A stretch of 37,093 nucleotides of DNA, from positions 1 to 37,093 of the forward strand of contig CAZRXO010000003.1 in the NCBI GenBank assembly GCA_964604105.1. Reading direction: 5' to 3'. Shown in pieces: positions 16,166 through 25,357 of the stretch (positions are counted from its first letter, which is position 1; every line of letters starts with the position of its first letter). Below the pieces are notes generated by a model, which ran no database searches, had not been told where the DNA came from, and saw nothing but the letters and a program-made list of their open reading frames with translations. The DNA is from Candidatus Woesearchaeota archaeon. GTDB taxonomy: Archaea > Nanobdellota > Nanobdellia > Pacearchaeales > GW2011-AR1. A program made the position numbers and the translations under genes.

Positions 16166-19100
16166 TTACTTCTCTCGTAATTTCTTTAATTCTAATTCCA
16201 GAGTCGCTGTGCCGTAATATCCTTGCTTCTTCCAAAGTTTTAATTTTCTTTTTAGTCCTTTGATTTGAATTTTTTTCACTTTCTTTTCAATCTTTATTTG
16301 TTTTCTTAAACTCTTCCGTGCTTTCTTCTGAATTTTCCTAAACTCTTTCTTTTCTTTTCTTGATTTTTTCTTTTCAATTTTCTTGAAAACTTTGATTTGT
16401 TTTTTTATTCTTTTATGACTCTTCTTATGTTTAAACCATAAAGCAATTCCTAAAAAAATCTTATGTTCTCTTCGAGCCCTTGCTCTCCGAGAAAACGCTT
16501 TCTCTTGAATCTTCTTTAATTTTTTTCTTTCAGCAATTCTTCTTTTCTCCTCTATTAATCTTAATCTCTCCTTTCTTTTTTTATCTCTCAATAATTTTTT
16601 ATGCAAGTTTCTCGCCTGATGGCCCAAGATAATTTTTCTCACAAATTTCTTTTCTTTTCTAGCAACATGGTGTTCAAGTTCAATAACTTCTTTTTTCAAA
16701 TTTGCAGTCCCATAATAACCTTCAGCTTTCCAAATTCTTAATTGCCTTTTCAATTTAGCAAGTAATTTTTCTTCATAACTTTTCACCGGAACCATAATTA
16801 TTTTAGGTTTAATCTCTTCAATAGGAACCACCTTTCTTCTTTTCTTGAAACTAATCGAAGGAAACACAACCAATCTCTTAAACCACCGAGTAATTTTTCT
16901 TTCTAATTTCTTCTCTTTTCTTGTATCAAATTTAGCACTTTCCACAATCTCAAAAATTGTTTCAGGAACTCTTTGTAAATTGATTTTTCTTCTTTCTTCT
17001 ATTACAAAGGTCATAATTAAAATTCCAAATATCATCCATGAAACTAGAATTGCCCAGAATAACCAATCAAAAAAACTTTTCTTATTCAAGCATTCAGGGC
17101 AATTATCCCCCCCACAATCAACTCCAACCTCGTCGTAATTTTTCACACCATCATAACAATAATCACAATAACCTGTGAAAGAGCCCCCTGTTAAACTAAT
17201 ATCAACTTTCTTTAAATCAGTAAATTCTATAAGCTCTTTTTCTTTAATACGACTAACAAGTTCACTTGTCTCTGCATCATAGATTTCAACATAATCTTCA
17301 TAACACCATTTTGTTTTTTTAGATGTAATCGGGATTGCTAAACCACACGGCAGTTCTTCAATTTTATCCTCTTTACATTTTCCCAAGTCTTCACAAATTT
17401 TTTCCTTGTAACCTTGAACAAAAGTAGATCCCTCAAGAACATCATTTATATCATACTTCGCCCCACATGAACTCCAATCACTACAATTCCATTGAGTATA
17501 ACATCCACATTTTTCTTCTTCAGGTTTTCCAATTGTTTTATTACAATACTTCAAATCAACACAATCAAATGGATAACTATTAACGTCCCCCTCTTCACAA
17601 TCTGTCCAATCACAATCCCAATTAGGAATACAATCTAAGCTTGCATTTTCATTTATTTCAATATTCCAATTAATATGTTGTATTTGAGAATCCGCCACGA
17701 TTTCAGCTTTTACCTCTGAGTCTTCTTCAAAAGATTCAGAGTAACTACTTGATAAACTCCCTATTCCAATATCTTGTTTTTTAGATTGCGAATTCAATAA
17801 CCAAGTTGCAGCCAAATTTGCCTCGCCGGCCAAATCTCTAACCTCTATATTAAATCCTACAGAATCTCCTTTGGCCAAAATTAAATTCAATTCTTTAGGG
17901 GAATAATCAATTTCAATTCCAGAAATACAAGATTGGGTTTGGTCTGGTTTATTTAATTCTGTCCCACAAGTATTTTTATCTTCACAAGTTCTTATTTGAA
18001 TTTCTTCGACACATGTGCTCCATGCTTTGCACACCCAATTTTCTATACAAGAAGCACAAACCCCACTATAACATCTTTCAAATCCGCCGCAAGTTTCTGT
18101 TGCCCATTCTCCCCACAAAGAACAGCCAACTGTTCCTCCGCAAGTTCTAACGCGAGTTAAACTATCACTTAAACATTCTTTTTGTTGTTGTCCAAGAACA
18201 CAATTATCACACGTTGTTTGCACACATCGAGCTCCTTCACAAATCTTTCCTGCACCACAATAATTTTCACTCCAAGCACTCCATTCCAAACAACTATCTG
18301 AATCATAATTTCCACAAGTTCTTGTATTCAAAGTTGTTGAGTCCGAGCAAGTGTTTTGAGAACTTCCTGAAGGAGAACAATCATCACTGCAACCACCTCC
18401 ACCCCCGCCGCCCCCAGAACCACAACTCTGCGATTCAACTTCAACACAACTAGTGCTATCTGTTCTTGATCTTGTTTGCGAACTCCCTACGCAAGGGCTC
18501 CAAGCACTCCATGCCCCAAAATCCCCTTGGCAAATTCCAACATCTGAATGAAGCACAGAACCAAGATAATTTAAATGGCTATCGTCGCTATTATTAACTT
18601 CCCACTTAATATAAGCTCCGGCTCCAGAACTATAATTAACAATTAAACTTGTAATATATTGCCCCACCCCAAGTTTAGTCATATCACCTGGATAATATTT
18701 TATCCCCCGAAGAGAATCGTCGCTTTTCATTGCAGTAGCACTGATATTTTGAGGGTCATAGTTTAAATTTGAAACACTTCCATTATTTTTCTTAATCTCA
18801 ATTGTTAAAGTTGCAATATCTCCGTCATAATATTTTCCATTAGATTGCAATCCACCCATAGTCGGGGTTGTAACATAATTAGCAACTGTAAGATTAATCG
18901 CAGATTGATTTAATAATCTTGAAGTTCCAGAATAACTATAGTTGACTTGTATATCTTTTTTCCCAACATCTCTCACACTGATATTATAATCTAAAATGCA
19001 ATCTCCTGAAGAATTAGTTAAAGAATTTCCCAATAAAGCACTATCTTCAAAGAAATAACATGTAGCTCCACTAATTCCAGAGAAGGTGCTTGAGTCAAAA

Positions 19101-19465
19101 ACTTTTGCAGTTAAATTTATATTGTTCCTAAGAATCCCTAAATCATCTTCTCCGCTGGTTGTTCCCCCCCTTAATAATTCTTGATTGTTTAATGGGGAAG
19201 TTATATTTATTGTCGCTGTTACTATTGAATTTAAAATGCCAAACCTCCCAGTAAAACTTGAACTTGTATAATTCGCTACTGGTTGCTCACCCCCAATTAA
19301 TCTTTGTGTAAAACTCAAAGAGCTTGCATTTGCCGTCGGACCAAAATCAAATTTAGAGCGAATAGTATAACTCGAAGAAGTTCCATTAAATGCAAAAACA
19401 CCCGACACAACTATTGTTAGTAAAATCATTCCAACTAAAATATTTCTCAAAACTTTACTTTCCAT
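16166..19465 (-). CDS. 1099-aa type I membrane surface protein: signal/TM N-terminus, Asn-x-Ser/Thr-rich ectodomain, Cys/Trp (WSxWSxC-like) repeats, Gly8 run, single TM, polybasic cytoplasmic tail
   Basis: ORF track. N-terminal hydrophobic LVGMILLTIVVSGVFA. Motifs GAWSAWSPC...RSR, LEWSAWSENYC, CKAWSTC, CSDWSSC. CDYCYDGVKNYDEVGVDCGGDNCPEC directly before TM FDWLFWAILVSWMIFGILIMTFVI. K/R-rich tail at residues 824-1099. Confidence 0.85.
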   Translation of the reverse strand: MESKVLRNILVGMILLTIVVSGVFAFNGTSSSYTIRSKFDFGPTANASSLSFTQRLIGGEQPVANYTSSSFTGRFGILNSIVTATINITSPLNNQELLRGGTTSGEDDLGILRNNINLTAKVFDSSTFSGISGATCYFFEDSALLGNSLTNSSGDCILDYNISVRDVGKKDIQVNYSYSGTSRLLNQSAINLTVANYVTTPTMGGLQSNGKYYDGDIATLTIEIKKNNGSVSNLNYDPQNISATAMKSDDSLRGIKYYPGDMTKLGVGQYITSLIVNYSSGAGAYIKWEVNNSDDSHLNYLGSVLHSDVGICQGDFGAWSAWSPCVGSSQTRSRTDSTSCVEVESQSCGSGGGGGGGGCSDDCSPSGSSQNTCSDSTTLNTRTCGNYDSDSCLEWSAWSENYCGAGKICEGARCVQTTCDNCVLGQQQKECLSDSLTRVRTCGGTVGCSLWGEWATETCGGFERCYSGVCASCIENWVCKAWSTCVEEIQIRTCEDKNTCGTELNKPDQTQSCISGIEIDYSPKELNLILAKGDSVGFNIEVRDLAGEANLAATWLLNSQSKKQDIGIGSLSSSYSESFEEDSEVKAEIVADSQIQHINWNIEINENASLDCIPNWDCDWTDCEEGDVNSYPFDCVDLKYCNKTIGKPEEEKCGCYTQWNCSDWSSCGAKYDINDVLEGSTFVQGYKEKICEDLGKCKEDKIEELPCGLAIPITSKKTKWCYEDYVEIYDAETSELVSRIKEKELIEFTDLKKVDISLTGGSFTGYCDYCYDGVKNYDEVGVDCGGDNCPECLNKKSFFDWLFWAILVSWMIFGILIMTFVIEERRKINLQRVPETIFEIVESAKFDTRKEKKLERKITRWFKRLVVFPSISFKKRRKVVPIEEIKPKIIMVPVKSYEEKLLAKLKRQLRIWKAEGYYGTANLKKEVIELEHHVARKEKKFVRKIILGHQARNLHKKLLRDKKRKERLRLIEEKRRIAERKKLKKIQEKAFSRRARARREHKIFLGIALWFKHKKSHKRIKKQIKVFKKIEKKKSRKEKKEFRKIQKKARKSLRKQIKIEKKVKKIQIKGLKRKLKLWKKQGYYGTATLELELKKLREK

Positions 19466-19661
19466 TTTTTAAATAATGCAATTTACAATTTCCAATTTCT
19501 CGAACATTAATAATACCCTTGCCAATTAAATTCATCAAGGCCATTGAAACAGTAATTCGAGAAACATTAGTTTGGTCTGCAAGCTCTTGAATTGTCAAAC
19601 CACGATTATCTTTTTTTAGAATTTTCTGCACATCTATTATAACTTCTTCTACTTTTCCCAT
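19455..19661 (-). CDS. 68-aa winged-helix DNA-binding protein
   Basis: LTIQELADQTNVSRITVSMALMNLIGKGIINVREIG is an HTH-plus-wing pattern. Overlaps the start of the giant surface protein gene by 11 nt. Confidence 0.7.
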   Translation of the reverse strand: MGKVEEVIIDVQKILKKDNRGLTIQELADQTNVSRITVSMALMNLIGKGIINVREIGNCKLHYLKNGK

Positions 19662-19742
19662 CTTTTAAAATATACACTAGTATATAACATTAGTGATTAT
19701 CATAAGTAATTAACATTGGTATATAAAGATTTCTATATCCCC

Positions 19743-21671
19743 TCACTCTTTATTCTTCTTTTCTTTTTTCTCTTTCTCAGATTCTTCTACTACTGGTTCT
19801 TCGGTAGCTTCTTCATCCACCCCTTCTTCTACTGGTTCTTCATTAGTTGCGGGTATGCTACTTTCTTCACCCACGATAGTTTCAGAGTCCCCCACAACAC
19901 TTTCATTATTTTCTTCTTCAGAGTTTATGACAAGGGCATCATTAGTTCCTCCCTCTCTTGTTTCAAAATCAAACAATCCAAATTCTTTATTCAAATCTGT
20001 AATTTCATTATCCCCAACATTCTCTGCGATTAATCCATTAGCTAGATCTTTCAACCAGTTTACAATATCTCTTTGCATCCAACTTTCTAATTTTAAATCT
20101 CCTAATTGCAAATCATAAAATCTTGTTGCAGATTTTCCGCCAAATTCAAACTTAACTTCAACACCCCCACTATGTTCTATCGCAGTTGTTTTTACAGAAG
20201 TTTCATTTCCAAATTCCTCAAGAAGAATAGCTTTTTCCTCCTCTGTCAAGAAAACATTTCTTAATTTAATTTTGTCCCCCAAAGTTAAATTTTCTTCTGT
20301 AAATTCTTCAATACTAATTTCTCCTTCTTCTAAATTTGCTTCTAAAGAAAGAATTTCCTCCCCACCATAAACTAAATTAATAATTAATTCTCCTGGTTTA
20401 AAAGTTAAATTCAATTGAGACAAATCAATAGCCAAAATTTTTCCTTCATCTCCAAGATAGTCTTCGCCAAATCCAGACTCTGTTTCAGAATAATCTGTTG
20501 TTACAAGAATGACTCCTTCATTAACTTCTAAATCTAAATTCCCCTCGCTGATTTCAACAAATTCCACAACACCCTCATCATTAGTTTCTTTAATCCTCAC
20601 AGAACCAGATTTAATTTGCGCGACATAATCTTCTCCCAACTCATATTCAAAATCATTTACAGACGAAACCTCGCCATTAATTTCTCCTTGTGCTAATTCT
20701 TCTTGAGTCACTTGACCGGTTAAAGATAAAAATACCTTTGAAAAAAATCCTGTAATTGTTTTAACAAATGCTCCAGTAACAGGAGCACCCCCTTCTGAAT
20801 TTTCTGATGAACTTTCTTCAGGACTTTCTGAACTTGAATCCTCGCCACTTGTTTCTTCTGGTTTTTTTTCTTTTTTCTCTTCGGTTTTTTCAGCTTTCTT
20901 TTCTTTTTTTATTTCTTCTTTATTAATTTCTGTTTCCTCAATAGCCTCTTCATCAACAGTGGCCTCGTCTTCTACAATAATTTCTTCACTTACTATTTCA
21001 GTTGTTTCTCCTTCACTTTCAGTTGTTGTTTCGCCTTCTTCAATATTTTCAGTATTTTCTTCTACCACCTCTTCACTTTCTACTTCTTCAAAAACTTCCT
21101 CCTCTTCTACCACTTCTTCACCACCCCTTTCAACAATTTCTCCGGTTTCAATTTCTTCTTCAACTTCTATAATTTCTAAAGTAAAATAAATTGTTTTTGG
21201 AATTTCTTTCTCACCTTCAACACCATAACCTAACCCCTCGCCAGAAATACTTTTTCCTTCAACATAAAAATCTCCTTCAGCAACTTCTTCAGTAGCCAAG
21301 GCCTCTAATTCATATTCATATGTTTCACCATTGTTTGTAAATACAACCTTTGTCGAGGCAGGGATGAATTCACCTTCTTTCAAGGAGAGTTTTATGATTC
21401 CTTCAAGAGATTCAGTATCAGTATAACTTCCTTCTAAACCAAGGCTAACTTTACCTGTGAGCCCATTAAAATTTCCAACAACATAAACAAGAGCCAATAA
21501 AATTGCAACCCCTAAAAAAATCCCTAAGAATTTTTTATTAAAATTAAATCCAGAAGAACCCCCTCCACTTCCATGATATTCTGAAACTACTTTTCCCCCA
21601 ATTCTTTTACTATGATAAATATAAGGCCCATACCTTTTACCATTCTTATAAATATATTTTTTATACACCAT
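19743..21671 (-). CDS. 642-aa membrane-anchored, highly acidic (Glu-rich) surface protein
   Basis: N-terminal basic motif MVYKKYIYKNGKRYGPYIYHSKRIGGKVVSEYHG, Gly/Ser linker, TM FLGIFLGVAILLALVYVV, then long E/V/T-rich ectodomain and an EKEKKEKKNKE C-terminus. Confidence 0.8.
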   Translation of the reverse strand: MVYKKYIYKNGKRYGPYIYHSKRIGGKVVSEYHGSGGGSSGFNFNKKFLGIFLGVAILLALVYVVGNFNGLTGKVSLGLEGSYTDTESLEGIIKLSLKEGEFIPASTKVVFTNNGETYEYELEALATEEVAEGDFYVEGKSISGEGLGYGVEGEKEIPKTIYFTLEIIEVEEEIETGEIVERGGEEVVEEEEVFEEVESEEVVEENTENIEEGETTTESEGETTEIVSEEIIVEDEATVDEEAIEETEINKEEIKKEKKAEKTEEKKEKKPEETSGEDSSSESPEESSSENSEGGAPVTGAFVKTITGFFSKVFLSLTGQVTQEELAQGEINGEVSSVNDFEYELGEDYVAQIKSGSVRIKETNDEGVVEFVEISEGNLDLEVNEGVILVTTDYSETESGFGEDYLGDEGKILAIDLSQLNLTFKPGELIINLVYGGEEILSLEANLEEGEISIEEFTEENLTLGDKIKLRNVFLTEEEKAILLEEFGNETSVKTTAIEHSGGVEVKFEFGGKSATRFYDLQLGDLKLESWMQRDIVNWLKDLANGLIAENVGDNEITDLNKEFGLFDFETREGGTNDALVINSEEENNESVVGDSETIVGEESSIPATNEEPVEEGVDEEATEEPVVEESEKEKKEKKNKE

Positions 21672-21782
21672 CTTTTGTCTTGCAATTTACTGTAAGTAAA
21701 TAACTAAGGATATTAAGAAATATAATTATTTAAATCTTTTCAAAACCCGAAAATCAAAATTAGTTACCCTACAACCAAAGAA

Positions 21783-22046
21783 TTATTTTTCAGCGTCGGT
21801 ATAAGGAACTAATACAACAGGATTACCTTCTGCGTCAATTAACTGAACAGACCCTTGCTGGTTAATTGATTGCAAAATTGTAGCAATTGTAATTTGCTGG
21901 GCTTCGATTTGCTTGTTGTAAATATATTTTGTAAATTGTGGTTTTAGCACAAGTGTGTACAAAACAATTCCTGCAAGAACCAACACAAGAATCAACAAAA
22001 TTGCTATAATCATTCTCGTATTATCTTTTTTTTCTTTATATGCCAT
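21783..22046 (-). CDS. small single-pass membrane protein, 87 aa
   Basis: ORF track. TM MIIAILLILVLVLAGIVLYTLVL. Confidence 0.55.
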   Translation of the reverse strand: MAYKEKKDNTRMIIAILLILVLVLAGIVLYTLVLKPQFTKYIYNKQIEAQQITIATILQSINQQGSVQLIDAEGNPVVLVPYTDAEK

Positions 22047-22062
22047 TTTTCTCCTAAATTAT

Positions 22063-22896
22063 TTAATTAGTTGTAGTAATTTCAACCATTGTTATAACAC
22101 TTTCCCAAGCAATATCTCCTTGCCCTTCAACATAAGCAGAGATTAAATCTCCTGCTTCAAAGGTCACAACCTCTGATGATTGAACATCATAATCTTTTTT
22201 TGTCTCTACAGATGAGGCATCAAGAGTATTACTAAATCTAATTGCCTCGCCATTTTTATAAATTATTATACTAATCTCTCCTTCAGAATCTGCCTTTGCT
22301 ACATCTAAACTTGTTGAGATTCCAGTAATACTTCCCTCCCGCATCATCACATAGCCATTATCTAAACTTCCTTCAACACCTGTAGCGGTTTTCAAGAATC
22401 CAGAATCACTCCTCTCATCAGCCATTCCAAAATGCAAGAACTGTCTCTTGTCATGAGCAATAATTAAATCCCCTTGTGCCTGCAATTCATTCACAGAATA
22501 TGTAATTACAAAGATTTGATTTTTCTCTTTTCCTTCCTCTTCATAATCAACTTGATAAATTGCTAAATTAGAATTATCAACATTTTCAATTGCAACCTCC
22601 TTGGGCAAATCTTCAAAATTAACTTCAGTAACATTTGTGATGTCTTCTGCTGGCACCCCTTTTTTCTCAACAAACTTTTCAACATATGTTCTTACCTCAT
22701 TTCTTATTTCATTTGGATTAGAAACATCGTAGATAACTCCTTCCACAGATGCCTTGGTTTCCTCGCTGACTTCACTAGAAACAGAATCTGCAGCAGTCGC
22801 GAATACTCCCACAACTAAAAGCAAAACCATACTTAGAACTACACTCAATAAAATCTTTTTCATCTTCTCTTTTGGTATAATAGAATAGTAATTCAA
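22063..22896 (-). CDS. secreted or membrane-anchored protein, 277 aa, unknown function
   Basis: Signal-peptide-like KKILLSVVLSMVLLLVVGVFATAADS. Acidic mature part. Confidence 0.7.
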   Translation of the reverse strand: MNYYSIIPKEKMKKILLSVVLSMVLLLVVGVFATAADSVSSEVSEETKASVEGVIYDVSNPNEIRNEVRTYVEKFVEKKGVPAEDITNVTEVNFEDLPKEVAIENVDNSNLAIYQVDYEEEGKEKNQIFVITYSVNELQAQGDLIIAHDKRQFLHFGMADERSDSGFLKTATGVEGSLDNGYVMMREGSITGISTSLDVAKADSEGEISIIIYKNGEAIRFSNTLDASSVETKKDYDVQSSEVVTFEAGDLISAYVEGQGDIAWESVITMVEITTTN

Positions 22897-22995
22897 CTTT
22901 AAAAATCTTCTCTTCTATCGAAAGATATTTATACTAAAAATTATTAATTAGTTTATTCTATATATTTTATAGAAGTGAGAAAAGTGAAAGGAGGT

Positions 22996-23478
22996 ATGAT
23001 AATGATAAATAACAAAAAAGGTTTGTCAGCAATTGTTGCGACACTTATGATAATTTTACTTGTCTTAATTGCAGTTGGAATTATTTGGGTTGTTGTGCGA
23101 AATGTTGTTGAAAGTGGAACACAAAATATTGATATCGGTGCAAAATGTTTAGAAGTTGATGTAAGAGCTACTGCTGTTAGCCCAACTAACCAAGTTACCT
23201 TGGAAAGAGGTGCAGGGGGAATAAATATTGATGAAGCTAATGGGGGAGTAGTAATTGTATTTACTGATGGTCTTAACTCAGAGAGTTTTGATTTATGGAA
23301 AGACGGGGGATTAGAGGAAAATAAATTAAATCCTTTAGATACAAAAACAACAGTAGGTTTAGAAGGATTAACTGGTGCAGACATGGTACAAGTTACAGTG
23401 TATTTCAAAAATGACAAGGGGGAATCTCAACTTTGTGGTACAACAACAGAATATAGTTTTACTCCTGAACCAGCATAA
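22996..23478 (+). CDS. archaeal type IV pilin-like protein (class III signal peptide), paralogue of the 6772 N-terminal region
   Basis: MIMINNKKG/LSAIVATLMIILLVLIAVGIIWVVVRNV is near-identical to the 6772 product N-terminus. Shared LERGAG motif. Track ORF starts at GTG 22975; ATG 22996 follows a GGAGG. Confidence 0.8.
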   Translation: MIMINNKKGLSAIVATLMIILLVLIAVGIIWVVVRNVVESGTQNIDIGAKCLEVDVRATAVSPTNQVTLERGAGGINIDEANGGVVIVFTDGLNSESFDLWKDGGLEENKLNPLDTKTTVGLEGLTGADMVQVTVYFKNDKGESQLCGTTTEYSFTPEPA

Positions 23479-23540
23479 ATTTTACTTTTTATTTTTCTAT
23501 TTCTTTTTTATTTTAATACCCTAGCAAGAGCTTAATTCAA

Positions 23541-23703
23541 ATTGCTCCTCGCCAAATAATCTATTAATCCAGAAGTAAAATTCACATCGGTGAGATCAGT
23601 TGAACAAATGAATTAGATTTATTTCCTAAATAATAAATTTCCCTAAGCGAGAAATTCGCTTGCAATTTCGATCAACCAATCGAGCAAAGCAATCAATTTT
23701 TAA
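23541..23703 (+). repeat. intergenic repeat family, copy B
   Basis: attgctcc...aataatctattaatccagaagtaaaattcacatcgg...agcgagaaattcgcttgcaatttcgatcaaccaatcgagcaaagcaatc. Collinear with copies A and D. Confidence 0.75.
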
Positions 23704-23740
23704 TAGGTAATTTTAAAAACATCGGGATTCTTATTTCTTT

Positions 23741-24133
23741 ATGGATACTTTATTTTGGATTAGTTTATTATTTAAGATTTTTATCTGTGGACTTGTTTTA
23801 TGGATGTTATATAGTCTTCTTTATAAGATGCGCAAAAAAAAGGATTCTATAGGGGATAAAACTTTAGTTCTTATTTCAAGCATCTTTTTTTTATTGGCGG
23901 GTTTATTCTTTTTAATCCTTCTTATTTTCCTTGCACTTGTGAATATTCATGCTATCTTTAGTTGGGTTCCTCTCTTGTTTTTTTTAGCCATGATTTTATT
24001 TCTTGTCACAGGAATTCTTTTTTTAATCCGTTATTTTAAAATAAAGAAAAAGAAGGTTGTTAAAAAAAGAGTTTCATCTTTCAGAAGAAAAAGTAGGTGT
24101 ATTGCTTTACATTCGACGAAGTCAGTCCATTAA
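23741..24133 (+). CDS. membrane protein, 130 aa, 3-4 TM helices and basic C-terminus
   Basis: ORF track. The last roughly 11 codons are encoded by a short copy of the intergenic repeat. Confidence 0.55.
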   Translation: MDTLFWISLLFKIFICGLVLWMLYSLLYKMRKKKDSIGDKTLVLISSIFFLLAGLFFLILLIFLALVNIHAIFSWVPLLFFLAMILFLVTGILFLIRYFKIKKKKVVKKRVSSFRRKSRCIALHSTKSVH

Positions 24134-24136
24134 CTA
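24101..24136 (+). repeat. intergenic repeat family, compact copy I (5' attgct + ttacattcg + 3' module)
   Basis: cgacgaagtcagtccattaactact compared with cggcgaagccagtctattaattact (copy D) and cggcgaagccagttcattaattattt (copy E). Confidence 0.6.
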
Positions 24137-25327
24137 CTTCTTAACTCTCCGCAAAACATAAACCGCGTCATTCTTCCTCACAACTCCAGAAACATTAATC
24201 GCAACATCCTCGCTCTTCTTTCCTTGGGAAACTTGCCTGTGATTAATTTCCATTCTTTCAACTTTCGCGTGCTCAATTCCAGTTGTCTTTCCAATAACAC
24301 AAATTTCTTCACCAACTTTCAAACCAGAATTTAAACTAACAATTGCAACATTTATTTTTGGGTAATAATGTTTTATTTTTCCAACAAAATGTTTTTTTTC
24401 TATAGAAGCAGAATGTTCAACTTTTGCAAAATCTTTCGCCGAAGGCAAACCCAAGTAAAAACCAGAACTAAAACCACGATTGTAAACTTTCTTCAACTCT
24501 TCCATGCTCTCAAGAATTTCTTTTTTAGAGAGTTTATTATCCAGAGCTTTTCTATAAACTCTAACAACAGCATCCACATAACGAGGGTCTCTATTTCTGC
24601 CTTCAATCTTAAAACTTTTAATTCCTGAATTTTTCATTTTTTCAATAAACGGCAAAGTGCATAAATCCTTTGCAGACATAATCTTGTCATTCTCAACTTC
24701 AAGCTCATAACCTTCTTGATTGTCTCGTGCAACATAACTTCTCCGACACGGATGTAAACATTGTCCTCGGTTTGCAGATTTGTTAAATAAAAATTGCGAC
24801 ATAAAACATCTCCCAGAAACAGAAACACACATTGCTCCGTGGCAAAAAGCTTCAACATCAATAACATTTGAAATTTCTTTAACTTGCTTTAAATTTAACT
24901 CACGAGCAAGAACAATTCTCTTTGCTCCAAGTTTCTTATAAACTTTAGCAGCCTCGGAATTCGCCACAGAAGATTGGGTCGAGATATGAAATTCAACCTT
25001 GTGCTTTTTACATAAATTAATCACAGATAAATCCCAACAAATCACAGCATCAACATATTTTTTTGCAGTTTTAATTATTTTCTCAACTTTCATAAGTTCT
25101 TCATCATACATTATTGTATTCAGAGCCAAATACATTTTAATTTTTTTAGGTTTACAAATTTCTTTTATCTTTGGCAAATCTTTTAATTCAAAATTCCGAG
25201 CACCTGCCCGCATATTAAATCCTTGAATTCCAAAGTAAACAGCATTCGCTCCTGCATTCACAGCTGCAACTAACATAGGAAAATTTCCAACAGGAGCGAG
25301 GAGTTCATATGGGGGTTTTTGGTTCAT
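24134..25327 (-). CDS. peptidase U32 family protein
   Basis: EAFCHGAMCVSVSGRCFMS matches the U32 signature E-x-F-x2-G-[SA]-[LIVM]-C-x4-G-x-C-x-[LIVM]-S. N-terminal ELLAPVGNFPMLVAAVNAGANAVYFG. Confidence 0.9.
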   Translation of the reverse strand: MNQKPPYELLAPVGNFPMLVAAVNAGANAVYFGIQGFNMRAGARNFELKDLPKIKEICKPKKIKMYLALNTIMYDEELMKVEKIIKTAKKYVDAVICWDLSVINLCKKHKVEFHISTQSSVANSEAAKVYKKLGAKRIVLARELNLKQVKEISNVIDVEAFCHGAMCVSVSGRCFMSQFLFNKSANRGQCLHPCRRSYVARDNQEGYELEVENDKIMSAKDLCTLPFIEKMKNSGIKSFKIEGRNRDPRYVDAVVRVYRKALDNKLSKKEILESMEELKKVYNRGFSSGFYLGLPSAKDFAKVEHSASIEKKHFVGKIKHYYPKINVAIVSLNSGLKVGEEICVIGKTTGIEHAKVERMEINHRQVSQGKKSEDVAINVSGVVRKNDAVYVLRRVKK

Positions 25328-25357
25328 AAAGATAAAAGAAAGATTTGATATAAAAAT

